A stretch of 58,443 nucleotides of DNA from a virus. Lineage: Duplodnaviria > Caudoviricetes. This document shows positions 45,889 through 54,290 of this stretch, one piece after another. A program made the translations under genes and the position numbers. Position 1 is the stretch's first letter; each line of letters begins with the position of its first letter. The notes under the pieces are model-generated. The model was not told the DNA's origin and did not search any database. It was given only the letters and a program-made list of their open reading frames with translations. Where the stretch lies: positions 1-58,443 of the IMG/VR virus record IMGVR_UViG_3300031758_000088, one strand, 5' to 3'.

Positions 45889-47499
45889 ATGAACATCGAA
45901 ACCATTCTCTCTCGCCCCTCCGTGCGTGGCCTTGAGTTCCGTCTGGGTCTGGAGGCCTTCGCCCACAAGGTGGGCAACTCTCTGGGTCTGCGCCGTGTGT
46001 CTGTCTACTGGCGGCATGATGTCCAGACCGCTGGCATCAACTCGGATGGCAACCTGTACCTTGCTGGCATCCCTGATGACTCCACGGTGAGCCGTGCGCT
46101 GGTGGTCAAGTATGCGGGTTATGTGGTGCATGAACTGTTGCACCACAAGTACACCGACTTCCATGCAAGAGGTGATAACGACTACATCCGCACCCTGCAC
46201 AACGCCGTGGAAGATGGCTGGATCGAGAACACCGGGATTGCCTCTGGTCTGCTCGGCAACATCGGCCCCCTGCTGGGTGAGTTGATCGACACCATGACCC
46301 GTGAGGCATTGGCGACCGTCAAGGATTGGAACGATCCCCGCCAGTACCCCTACATCCTCGCAGTGGCTTGCCGTAAACACGCCACTGTCAAGGTTCCCTG
46401 CAACCCCCGCCTGACTGCCATCTTTAACATGGCGGCGGTGAAGTGCGAAAGCGCAACGTCCAGCACCGACACCTTGAAGATTGCTCTGTGGGTTTACGAA
46501 CAGATCAAGCAACAGAGTCAGAAGCCCGACAAGCCCAACGACAAGCCCGATGGTCGCCCCGGCAAGCCCAAGGATGGCCCTACAAATGGTCAGGATGGGC
46601 CTACAAGCCCCGATCAGGGTGAGGACAAGGGTAAGGGTGCGGAAGAGGGCAAAGAGGCTCCTGCGGCCCCTGATGCGCCCGTCCAATCCCCTGTTGATGT
46701 CGAGGCAAGGGAGGTCGAGCCCAAACTGCCCAGCGGTGGGGTGATGGGCAACTACACCTCCGAGCAAATCCGAAAGGGTAGCGGTTGCCTTCGGGACACC
46801 GAGCGGGATGGTCTGGAGACTGCCCCCATCCCTGCAAAGCTTCGCTATGAGGTCAAGCGCCTGTTCGACAACTCGGGTCTGACTGAGTTCAGCCGCAACC
46901 GCAAGGCTGGTGTGGTCAACGTCCATGCCCTGCCATCTGTGGCCACTGGTAACGACCGTGTGTTTAAACGCCGCCTCGATGTGGAGGGTGTGGACTCTGC
47001 GGTTGTGATCTTGCTGGACATCTCGGGTTCGATGTTCGACAACGACCACGGCAAGAAGCCTCGCATTGGCCCTGCTGTTGCAACGTGCCGTGCCCTGCTG
47101 GAGACGCTTGATGCGGCTGGGGTCAAGACTGCGGTTGTGGCCTTCGGGTCTGCCGTGTTTGAGATCAAGCCCTTCGGCATGAACCATCGCAAGGGCAACA
47201 CCCTGATCGGGCGTGTCAGCCCTGCTGGTGGGACAAACGACTACACCGCCCTGCGCTACTCACATGAGTTGCTGGCACGGCGCAATGAACACCGCAAGTT
47301 GGTCTTCGTGATCACTGACGGGTACGGCAACCCCGGTGGGGTTCGCCAACAAATCCAGTCCGGCAACGCGCTGGGTGTGACAACCATTGGTGTCGGCATC
47401 AAGGCCGATGTCTCTGGCATCTACGGCAACGCCGTGGCAGTGAATGACATCGCTGACATCGGTGCTGTTTCGTTTAAACAAATCAAGCTTGCCGCTTGA
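45889..47499 (+). CDS. CobT-like VWA protein with N-terminal HExxH domain
   Basis: HELLH..NAVEDGWIE; MIDAS DISGS, GGT, ITDG. Confidence 0.88.
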   Translation: MNIETILSRPSVRGLEFRLGLEAFAHKVGNSLGLRRVSVYWRHDVQTAGINSDGNLYLAGIPDDSTVSRALVVKYAGYVVHELLHHKYTDFHARGDNDYIRTLHNAVEDGWIENTGIASGLLGNIGPLLGELIDTMTREALATVKDWNDPRQYPYILAVACRKHATVKVPCNPRLTAIFNMAAVKCESATSSTDTLKIALWVYEQIKQQSQKPDKPNDKPDGRPGKPKDGPTNGQDGPTSPDQGEDKGKGAEEGKEAPAAPDAPVQSPVDVEAREVEPKLPSGGVMGNYTSEQIRKGSGCLRDTERDGLETAPIPAKLRYEVKRLFDNSGLTEFSRNRKAGVVNVHALPSVATGNDRVFKRRLDVEGVDSAVVILLDISGSMFDNDHGKKPRIGPAVATCRALLETLDAAGVKTAVVAFGSAVFEIKPFGMNHRKGNTLIGRVSPAGGTNDYTALRYSHELLARRNEHRKLVFVITDGYGNPGGVRQQIQSGNALGVTTIGVGIKADVSGIYGNAVAVNDIADIGAVSFKQIKLAA

Positions 47500-47510
47500 G
47501 GAGAAGCAAA

Positions 47511-47684
47511 ATGAGCAAATACAAAGTGCAGGTGGTGATGTCTTACTGGCAGACCATTGAGGTGGAGGCCGCAAGCAAAGAAGAGGCGGGGGCCACGGCC
47601 CTTGACTGGTTCGACCCAACCCGAGCCTGTGTGCAGGGTGAGGGCGAGGTTTACGACATTGAACTGATTGGAGAAACAGCATGA
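47511..47684 (+). CDS. DpnD/PcfM-like small protein
   Basis: Y.V.......IEVEA.S.EEA. Confidence 0.6.
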   Translation: MSKYKVQVVMSYWQTIEVEAASKEEAGATALDWFDPTRACVQGEGEVYDIELIGETA

Positions 47685-47899
47685 AAACTTACCAGATCGA
47701 ATTGAGGCGCACCTCCTACGTCAACCTGACCATCGAGGCCGAGAACATTGATGAGGCCGAGGAATTGGCTTGGCAAGAACTGGCATCAGACGGTTCGTAT
47801 GGCACAGAATCTGCCGATTGGGAGGTGGAGTCCATCGAACTGAACGAACCCGCAACTGACGAGACCCGCTCATATGGGCCACAAGGAGAGACAGCATGA
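47681..47899 (+). CDS. DpnD/PcfM-like small protein (paralogue)
   Basis: Y.I.......IEAEN.DEA. Confidence 0.6.
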   Translation: MKTYQIELRRTSYVNLTIEAENIDEAEELAWQELASDGSYGTESADWEVESIELNEPATDETRSYGPQGETA

Positions 47900-48021
47900 G
47901 ATACACAGGCCCAGCCAAGCCCATCCCCACGCACCGAGAGATCATCAGCGACCAAGCCGAACTGGTGATCTTTCTTTTGTTCGCCATTTTCATGGTGGCT
48001 TTTCTTTTTTGGGAGGCATGA
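47896..48021 (+). CDS. 41-aa single-TM peptide
   Basis: Hand-translated MRYTGPAKP..LVIFLLFAIFMVAFLFWEA; ATGA overlaps at both ends. Confidence 0.55.
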   Translation: MRYTGPAKPIPTHREIISDQAELVIFLLFAIFMVAFLFWEA

Positions 48022-48245
48022 TGACCGTTGATCAAGAAGAGATTGAACGCATCAATGATGCATACGAGCAAGTGTTTGATGTCTTTGACGCAAACAAACT
48101 GACACCCGAGATGGCCTTCGGACTGATGGTCAAGCTTGTGGTGCAGATTGCTGGGGATATGCCCAAGCCCGAGATGATGAACATCATCTCTGCCGCCCAT
48201 GACCTTGACCGATTTTTAAGACCCCGATCTGAGGAGATACATTGA
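48018..48245 (+). CDS. Hypothetical protein
   Basis: GGAGG SD; MMTVDQEE. Confidence 0.6.
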   Translation: MMTVDQEEIERINDAYEQVFDVFDANKLTPEMAFGLMVKLVVQIAGDMPKPEMMNIISAAHDLDRFLRPRSEEIH

Positions 48246-48475
48246 TGAAAGACCTGATCCAAAAACTGCGTGACGAGCATCTCAAGGTCACGATCCACGA
48301 CATCGGTGAGGACAAGGCCGTGTTTGCATTGGCTGTTGTCATTGATGAGCCAATCGACATCTGGTATGTGGCCTTCGTGATGGGGAGCGATGTCATACCC
48401 GTGATGATTGGCAAACTGCTGGTGTTCCCAAAACTGGTGGTTGACGTAAAGACCTACGACTTCATCTGTGCGTAA
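48245..48475 (+). CDS. Hypothetical protein
   Basis: GAGGAG SD; coupled to upstream stop. Confidence 0.6.
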   Translation: MKDLIQKLRDEHLKVTIHDIGEDKAVFALAVVIDEPIDIWYVAFVMGSDVIPVMIGKLLVFPKLVVDVKTYDFICA

Positions 48476-48719
48476 GGTCAAGACGCTGATTGATCCATGC
48501 CCTCACTTCATCAGACAGAGCACAAAGTATGCCCACTTGCTTGAACTGGTTCCAAACTCTCAAACTTCTGCAAACTCTCAGAAGTTTGGACGAGGTGAGC
48601 GGTACATCAAGTACAGCCCAGCCAAACAGTACTGGTGCGTTTACACGCACAGAGACACTCCCCAGATTTACGGGAGATACAACAACGTGATCAGCGCCGT
48701 GTTTTATGCGCTGAAGTGA
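48468..48719 (+). CDS. Hypothetical protein
   Basis: Ends at terminator; start uncertain. Confidence 0.45.
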   Translation: MRKVKTLIDPCPHFIRQSTKYAHLLELVPNSQTSANSQKFGRGERYIKYSPAKQYWCVYTHRDTPQIYGRYNNVISAVFYALK

Positions 48720-48757
48720 AAGGGGGGTGAAGCTTGGACTTCACCCCCCTTCTCTTT
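48720..48757. terminator. Terminator hairpin between convergent operons
   Basis: AAGGGGGGTGAAG-CTTGGA-CTTCACCCCCCTT 13-bp stem. Confidence 0.85.
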
Positions 48758-50450
48758 AAAACATATCCAGATTCTCTGAGTATGTCCCTGCCGTCTTGTT
48801 GAAGATCAGGGTTGTTTCCCCTTGAGTCCCTACCCATCGGTAGCGGCACTTCCAGACAGCCAACTCCGTGTAGTTGTCCTTCCTGTGGATCGTCAGTCCA
48901 CAGTCTGTCTTCGCCCACCACGCCATCGAACCACTGATCGACATCCCGTCTGGACGGGGCTGTTCGACACCAGAGCGATTGATCTTGCTTGGATGGGCGA
49001 CAAACCATGTGTGTACATCATGAGCCATGCAGAACTTCTTGACCTTCGTCAGGATGTCGCTGATGGCATTCGTCTCCGTCTTGTCTGACCCCGGCATTTC
49101 AATGTAGTTGTACGGGTCGATCACCAGACCACGCACCCCCATTCGCTTCACTGCCGCCTTCGCCCTTGTCAGGATCGACTCGAGGGTGCTGGGTTCTTCG
49201 CCGTTGGTGTCGATGAAAAGGAAGTGGTCATTGACCCATTTAAACGCATCCATCTTTGCGCTCTCGCTCATCCTGTCCCGGCCTTCGTAGAAGGATTGAA
49301 ACGTGTAAAGTTCCATGAGGCGGGTGATGTGAACCTCGGGCTGGTTCTCAAACGAGCATATCGCAAACTTCCAATCCGATGACCTTGCGAGATTGACCAT
49401 CAACTGGTCAACGAAATTCGACTTGCCACTGGACGGGTAACCCGTCACCACAGTCATCTGCCCCGGTGCGACTGTGTAGATGTTGTCCACCGACTGATAC
49501 CCTGTGCTGAACCCTCTGCCCGTGCCCTTGGTGTAGAGGTCGTTGATCTTGTCGATGAATGAGGTTGCTTCTGAAATGCCGTTGATGGGGTACGGCTCGG
49601 CGTCATTGATGATCTTGTTTAAACGCTCCACCGGCGTGTCGTCTGCCGTCGGGTCGTCGTCGAGCCATGCTTCGTTTAAATCCTTCCACCCGAACTTGGC
49701 GAGTCTGCATTTCTCTTTGCCGATGCGCCTTGCCAACTCTTCTGCCAGCGCTTGACCGGGAGGGTCTTGATCTGTAGCGAGAACAACGTAGGGTGCGGCA
49801 TCAATGATCTCTCGGGCATTCCAGACAAACCCAAACTTCTTGTCCTCTGTCGGTAGCACCTTGCCATCTGCGACCTTGACGGGAGCGCCACCGGGAACAC
49901 TGACCACGTTGGCGATACCCGCCTCGATGGCTGTCAGGCAATCCATCTCGCCTTCGACAATGATGAGGGGCTGGCCCTTCTCTACCTTATCGATGCCAAA
50001 GAAGTCATGCGCTCCACCTGCGTCTTGGGTGAAGTCCTTGGCCTCGATGCTTCGGTACTTCGCTGAGACCAGCGCCCCACTGCGGTAGTAAGGGAAGCCA
50101 ATGGCCTGTGTTGGTTTGCTGAGTCGGGAGAAGAACTTTTCCGCTGAGAACAGACGCATGGCATCTGCTGTGATCTCCGATATGCCCCGTGACTTGAGCC
50201 ACTGGTAATGTTGATGGGTGAGCCTGTTGTTGACGATTGTTGCGGCAGGGACTGCTGACAATTTGTTCTCCTTGGGTTGCACTGAACCCGATGCATAGCA
50301 GTGATGGCAGTGATAGACAACGGCCCCGTCACTCTTGCGGGTGAGGGTCATGTCCTTGACGTTTTGTTTTCTGCGGTCTGGAGTGCAGAAGGGGCAGATC
50401 ACCCGTGTCGAATCATTGAAGTATGTATCCGCTACGAGCGCTTCGATCAT
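48756..50450 (-). CDS. T7 gp4/Twinkle-like primase-helicase
   Basis: CPFC..CHHC zinc-binding domain, IVEGEMD TOPRIM, TDQD.PG, KDLNE, GYPSSGKS, VIDP, AHP, ISGS. Confidence 0.95.
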   Translation of the reverse strand: MIEALVADTYFNDSTRVICPFCTPDRRKQNVKDMTLTRKSDGAVVYHCHHCYASGSVQPKENKLSAVPAATIVNNRLTHQHYQWLKSRGISEITADAMRLFSAEKFFSRLSKPTQAIGFPYYRSGALVSAKYRSIEAKDFTQDAGGAHDFFGIDKVEKGQPLIIVEGEMDCLTAIEAGIANVVSVPGGAPVKVADGKVLPTEDKKFGFVWNAREIIDAAPYVVLATDQDPPGQALAEELARRIGKEKCRLAKFGWKDLNEAWLDDDPTADDTPVERLNKIINDAEPYPINGISEATSFIDKINDLYTKGTGRGFSTGYQSVDNIYTVAPGQMTVVTGYPSSGKSNFVDQLMVNLARSSDWKFAICSFENQPEVHITRLMELYTFQSFYEGRDRMSESAKMDAFKWVNDHFLFIDTNGEEPSTLESILTRAKAAVKRMGVRGLVIDPYNYIEMPGSDKTETNAISDILTKVKKFCMAHDVHTWFVAHPSKINRSGVEQPRPDGMSISGSMAWWAKTDCGLTIHRKDNYTELAVWKCRYRWVGTQGETTLIFNKTAGTYSENLDMF

Positions 50451-50695
50451 TTGATGGCCCCGGTGGATGTGCGTTTAAACGAGCGATTGGCCGATGCGGG
50501 CTTGGCCTTAAGGTTACTGCGGGCAGTTGTGCCGCCTTTACTGAGAGGGGTCATGTGATCGACATCCTTGCCGTCACCCTTCTTCACGATCCCTTCACGC
50601 TCCAGCATTCTTCGGGCTTTGTTTCTCTGCGCTCTCTTCTTCTTAACCTCGGGTGTGCCATCGTAGTTGGCGTATTCTTGTTTGTAGTCTCGCAT
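50447..50695 (-). CDS. HNH endonuclease-like protein
   Basis: GDGKDVDH..PLSKGG....NL......NR. Confidence 0.8.
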   Translation of the reverse strand: MRDYKQEYANYDGTPEVKKKRAQRNKARRMLEREGIVKKGDGKDVDHMTPLSKGGTTARSNLKAKPASANRSFKRTSTGAIK

Positions 50696-50721
50696 GTTGC
50701 TTCCTAAATGAGAGGGGCGAT

Positions 50722-50800
50722 GGTTGGGCCTACTCGCTGCACTGCAACCTTCATGGCTATGGGCCATGCGTCACCGCAGCATCCGCTTTCGGCCCGTCAA
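50722..50800 (-). ncRNA. Candidate structured RNA with loop-E (GAAA/GAGUA) motif
   Basis: GGGCC-GAAA-GC..GCUGC..GCAGU..GC-GAGUA-GGCCC with inner CAUGG/CCAUG hairpin; intergenic. Confidence 0.5.
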
Positions 50801-50950
50801 TCAATAGCAGTTGGTCGTGCAGTTGTTGCCGTAGCAGCAGGTCGAGCAATAAACGGTTCTGCCGTTTGCTGTAAACGAGCTGGTCGAGCAAGCCGCCCAA
50901 GTCAGGGTGGCTGTTGCGGCGAGGGTAAGGGCTACGATGATCTTCTTCAT
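50801..50950 (-). CDS. Secreted six-cysteine mini-protein
   Basis: GGAGAA SD; signal peptide MKKIIVALTLAATATLTWA plus ~30-aa mature part. Confidence 0.7.
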   Translation of the reverse strand: MKKIIVALTLAATATLTWAACSTSSFTANGRTVYCSTCCYGNNCTTNCY

Positions 50951-50951
50951 A

Positions 50952-51167
50952 TCAGTTCTCCAAGTTGAGTTCAGTTTGTTCTGGCGCACGGTAGCTTTCC
51001 ACCGTGACACCGCTGGTCAACGCAGAAACCAAGTCATCCTGACTTGCCTTGCGTACAACAAACGATGTGTGTGCGACATGCATCAAGGCCTGTTGCCGTG
51101 AAGATGCCCTGACCAGACGGATATTGTTATCCGATGTGCCGACAAAGTAAATGCGTTCTTCTCTCAT
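50952..51167 (-). CDS. Hypothetical protein
   Basis: RLVRA....AL.HVA....V..A pattern; ATGA overlap. Confidence 0.7.
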   Translation of the reverse strand: MREERIYFVGTSDNNIRLVRASSRQQALMHVAHTSFVVRKASQDDLVSALTSGVTVESYRAPEQTELNLEN

Positions 51168-51397
51168 AAAGTTTCCTTGGTTGGTTGGTTCTCTCTGCGG
51201 TTGATCTCTGTCACCTTTTTCTGTATCTCCCTGTAAATCGCTCGGAATTTGTTTTCATCAATTCCCCACTGCCTGTTTGCGGAGAGGAGCAATGAAGCCT
51301 CCTGTTTGGTTAGCCACAGGAGTGGCTTCCTCTTCCTGTAATCCAGATGCTCCCGCAACTCTTGCGCAACAGCCTTGTAGTATTCGATGCTTTCCAT
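51164..51397 (-). CDS. Hypothetical protein
   Basis: GGAGG SD before MESIEYY. Confidence 0.6.
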   Translation of the reverse strand: MESIEYYKAVAQELREHLDYRKRKPLLWLTKQEASLLLSANRQWGIDENKFRAIYREIQKKVTEINRRENQPTKETL

Positions 51398-51668
51398 CTC
51401 TCCTCCGCCGGATGGATAATTTCCACCCAAAGACCCCCTACCCCACGGGATGTGAGGAGAAGGGGAAGGTTCCACCCCTGCAAAGCAGGATCATCATGTT
51501 ACGGATTGTCCGTATACCCTCGGCTTGATGATGCGACCAGCCGCACGGATTCTTCGGGAACTGCCCCCTAGACCATAGGTCATACCGTGTCGCGGTTTTC
51601 TTCCGAGCGGCCCCACTTGCGGCCCCTGCTGTCGTGCGGAGTACGGCGGGGCGTGGAAAGTACAGACG

Positions 51669-51787
51669 AAAAAAAGCCGTTAGAAAAGACCCCGGTGGAA
51701 AAACATCCCCTTGTGGAGGACGCTACCCCATACGGGGTCGGAGTCTTATCTAACGGCTTTCACTTCGCTTGGTTTCCACACCTAGCA
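51669..51787 (-). ncRNA. C4-antisense/attenuator-like small RNA ending in a U7 terminator
   Basis: Stem 51673-51694/51739-51760 with two inner hairpins; unpaired UUUCCAC complementary to GUGGAA sites. Confidence 0.6.
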
Positions 51788-51793
51788 GGACAA

Positions 51794-51822
51794 ACTGTAT
51801 CACAGCTTATTGGAGCTTGCAA
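51794..51822 (-). promoter_or_regulatory. Promoter TTGCAA-17-TACAGT (extended -10) for replication operon
   Basis: Hexamers at 51822-51817 and 51799-51794; TTGCGAACGTTC at 51830-51841. Confidence 0.65.
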
Positions 51823-52005
51823 GAAGAGATTGCGAACGTTCTTAGGGATAAACCCTTAGAGCAAATCAACGTGCCCCAATGCGCCCCAATACAAATCAAC
51901 GCATGTTTAAACGCAGTAGCTCACGCGGTGAGCCTGCACGCACGCGGCCTGCATTTCGTTTACACTGGCGGCGCAGGGTTTCTCCCCCTTGCAGTTGCTT
52001 CTCCT

Positions 52006-52440
52006 TTAACCCCGGCCCTTGCGCTGGGGTTTCTTTTTGGGGGCGATCTCTTCGATCCTCTCTATAAGTATCTCTGCCCTTGGGTTCTCTGGGTCAAGCC
52101 CCCAGTACGCATGGCGCTCCTTGACCTGTCGGTCGTTCTCGTAGATCAGCCCCTGCATCAGATCGAGGATCAGGGACTCATCCAAGTCGGGTCTACGGCT
52201 TGCGTAGTAAATCCAGAGAGTAACTCTCAAGTCTCCCGTCATCAGGTATGGCAGGCGCTTGCACTGTTGTTTAAACATCTCCGAATAGTTCAGCGCCTTC
52301 TGGCTTTTGATGAGCCGGGACATTGACCCGAACTTCACAACCCTTCGGCTGTTGGCTTTTGATGCTGGCTCACCAAAAATAATTTGTGCAAGGGATTGCA
52401 ATTCTGTTGTATCATCACTATCATTGCAGATGTCAGTCAT
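52006..52440 (-). CDS. rusA: RusA-like Holliday junction resolvase
   Basis: PASKANSRR..RPDLD....LD...G.IY.NDRQV...D..NPR.EI; start uncertain. Confidence 0.85.
   Translation of the reverse strand: MTDICNDSDDTTELQSLAQIIFGEPASKANSRRVVKFGSMSRLIKSQKALNYSEMFKQQCKRLPYLMTGDLRVTLWIYYASRRPDLDESLILDLMQGLIYENDRQVKERHAYWGLDPENPRAEILIERIEEIAPKKKPQRKGRG
52396..52424 (+). promoter_or_regulatory. Promoter TTGCAA-17-TATCAT for recombination operon
   Basis: Hexamers at 52396 and 52419; TTACGAACGTTC at 52467-52478. Confidence 0.65.
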
Positions 52441-52459
52441 ACAAACCTCCGGAGTTAAG

Positions 52460-53326
52460 ATGCAAGTTACGAACGTTCACAATCTACCAGAACCTCTGGT
52501 AACCCTCGCAAAGCGGGAATACTACAGTAAGGGTGAGGCTCAGTACAGCGTCACCGAGATCATGTCTCCCCCCAAGATTCGCAGGATGCGGGAGAAGTAC
52601 AACGACCAGATCAAGCAAGACGTCAGCGACATGATGTGGACTCTCTTGGGGTCTGCCCTCCATGTGGTGATGGAGCGTGGCGAGACGCCGGGGTGGATCA
52701 AGGAGGAGCGCATCTTTGCCGAGGTGGCTGGAGTCACGATCAGCGGCGCAATCGATTTGCAAGAAGAGGCAGAGGGTGGAATCATCATCCACGACTACAA
52801 GTTCACCTCCGCATGGGCAGTCATGCAAGAGAAGGAAGAGTGGACTGAGCAACTCAACATTTACAAGTGGCTGGTCGAGACCGTCAAGCAACGCAAGGTT
52901 GTGGGCCTGAAGATTTGCGCATTGGTCAGGGACTTCAACAGGCATGACCGTAAGGAAGGCTACCCCGCCTCCCCCATCTGCGTGGTGGATGTCCCCATGT
53001 GGGACAGCGTGAAGACTGAGATGTATATCCGGGAGCGTCTTGAGATGCACCGTGAAGCAAAGATGCGAGCCGACTTTGAAGAGGAACTTCAGAACTGCTC
53101 CAACGAGGAACGCTGGATGTCGGAAACGACATTCGCTGTGAAGAGGGAAGGCAGGAAGACTGCCATCCGTGTGTTTAAAACCATCGAAGAAGCCACAGAG
53201 TTGGCAGAGAAGGAAAAAGGATATGTCGAAACAAGACTCGGAGAGCCCCGCCGCTGTGTCGGAAACTTCTGCGGAGTTGCCCAGTGGTGCTCCCAATACC
53301 AAGGAGAACTCAATGTCCCAGCTTGA
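52460..53326 (+). CDS. PD-(D/E)XK (Cas4/RecB-like) exonuclease
   Basis: GSALH, E.R, SGAID, DYK, QLNIY, C-terminal Cys cluster. Confidence 0.85.
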   Translation: MQVTNVHNLPEPLVTLAKREYYSKGEAQYSVTEIMSPPKIRRMREKYNDQIKQDVSDMMWTLLGSALHVVMERGETPGWIKEERIFAEVAGVTISGAIDLQEEAEGGIIIHDYKFTSAWAVMQEKEEWTEQLNIYKWLVETVKQRKVVGLKICALVRDFNRHDRKEGYPASPICVVDVPMWDSVKTEMYIRERLEMHREAKMRADFEEELQNCSNEERWMSETTFAVKREGRKTAIRVFKTIEEATELAEKEKGYVETRLGEPRRCVGNFCGVAQWCSQYQGELNVPA

Positions 53327-53963
53327 CCTGTTGAAGCTGAACGTCAACGACCACGTTGAGAAGAAGCAAAACCTGTCCTACCTGTCATGGGCATGGGCAT
53401 GGGCAGAAGCTTTGAAGGCCGACCCTGCCGCCACGTTTGAAGTGCAGACCTTTGACGGCAAGCCGTACATGGATGTAAACGGCACGGGCATGGTGTGGGT
53501 CACCGTCACCATGTTTGGCAAGCCAATGACATGCTTCCTCCCGGTGATGAACCACCGCAACCAACCGATCCAGAACCCTGACTCCTTTCAGGTCAACACC
53601 TCCATCATGCGATGCATGACCAAGGGCTTGGCGCTACACGGATTGGGCCTGTATATCTATGCGGGTGAGGATTTGCCAGAGGACAACGCAGTAGAGCCTG
53701 TAATCGTCAAGGCCGTGACTCCAGACGGCACTGCGATGGCAGATGTTCAGGTCAACACTGGACAGGCAGATGCAAACGCAGAGTTGTTTGCTGAAGGAAT
53801 GATGACATACACAAACCATTGCACTGACGTCAAAGGTTTAAACAGTTACTGGAAGGCCAATCAGGCTCAGCTTGATGGGCTCAAAGTAAGTCACCCCGAT
53901 CTTTACGACCGGGTTCGCAATCGCTTCGCAGAACTGAAGAAGCAACTTTCGGAGAATAAATAA
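53313..53963 (+). CDS. Single-strand annealing protein (Sak/DUF1071-like)
   Basis: YLSWAWAW, LPVMN.RN, MRCMTK..ALHGLGLYIYAGEDLP. Confidence 0.88.
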   Translation: MSQLDLLKLNVNDHVEKKQNLSYLSWAWAWAEALKADPAATFEVQTFDGKPYMDVNGTGMVWVTVTMFGKPMTCFLPVMNHRNQPIQNPDSFQVNTSIMRCMTKGLALHGLGLYIYAGEDLPEDNAVEPVIVKAVTPDGTAMADVQVNTGQADANAELFAEGMMTYTNHCTDVKGLNSYWKANQAQLDGLKVSHPDLYDRVRNRFAELKKQLSENK

Positions 53964-54280
53964 TGGCCTACCAACCAAAGACTGAATACAAGCCCTTCCC
54001 TGACTCGGGCTCCCTTCGTGCCTCGACCTCCAAGAAGGGGCCAAAGTCACCCGACTACTGGGGCAACATTGCCATCAACCTCAAGGACATGACCAACATC
54101 AAGAACGAGGACGGCCTGACGGTTGTCAAGCTCTCTGGTTGGAAGAAGGTGGACAAGCAGGGCAAGACATACCTGTCGATCTCTGTTGACCGCTTTGTCC
54201 CAGAGCAAAAGAGCGGCGGCTACACCCGCCAAGAGACCCGCCAAGAAGATGACTTTGGCGATGACGATGTCCCATTCTGA
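53963..54280 (+). CDS. Single-stranded DNA-binding protein-like
   Basis: SPDY.G..LSGWKK...G..YLSI; acidic tail DDDVPF. Confidence 0.8.
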   Translation: MAYQPKTEYKPFPDSGSLRASTSKKGPKSPDYWGNIAINLKDMTNIKNEDGLTVVKLSGWKKVDKQGKTYLSISVDRFVPEQKSGGYTRQETRQEDDFGDDDVPF

Positions 54281-54290
54281 GGAGAGCACC

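Noticed and set aside
44301-47187. 522-aa and 445-aa minus-strand ORFs
   Set aside because: Antisense to the AAA+ and VWA genes, which carry clear motifs
44424-47499. Cobalamin biosynthesis auxiliary metabolic genes
   Set aside because: No cobN or other cob genes; a generic MoxR/VWA chaperone is the simpler reading
52460-53326. Cas4 as evidence of a CRISPR system
   Set aside because: No array or other cas genes; context is the usual exonuclease-annealase-SSB module
343-53843. Explaining GTTTAAAC by the Burkholderiales GTWWAC methylation motif
   Set aside because: GTTTACAC contains GTWWAC but the dominant GTTTAAAC does not, so it is at best a partial explanation
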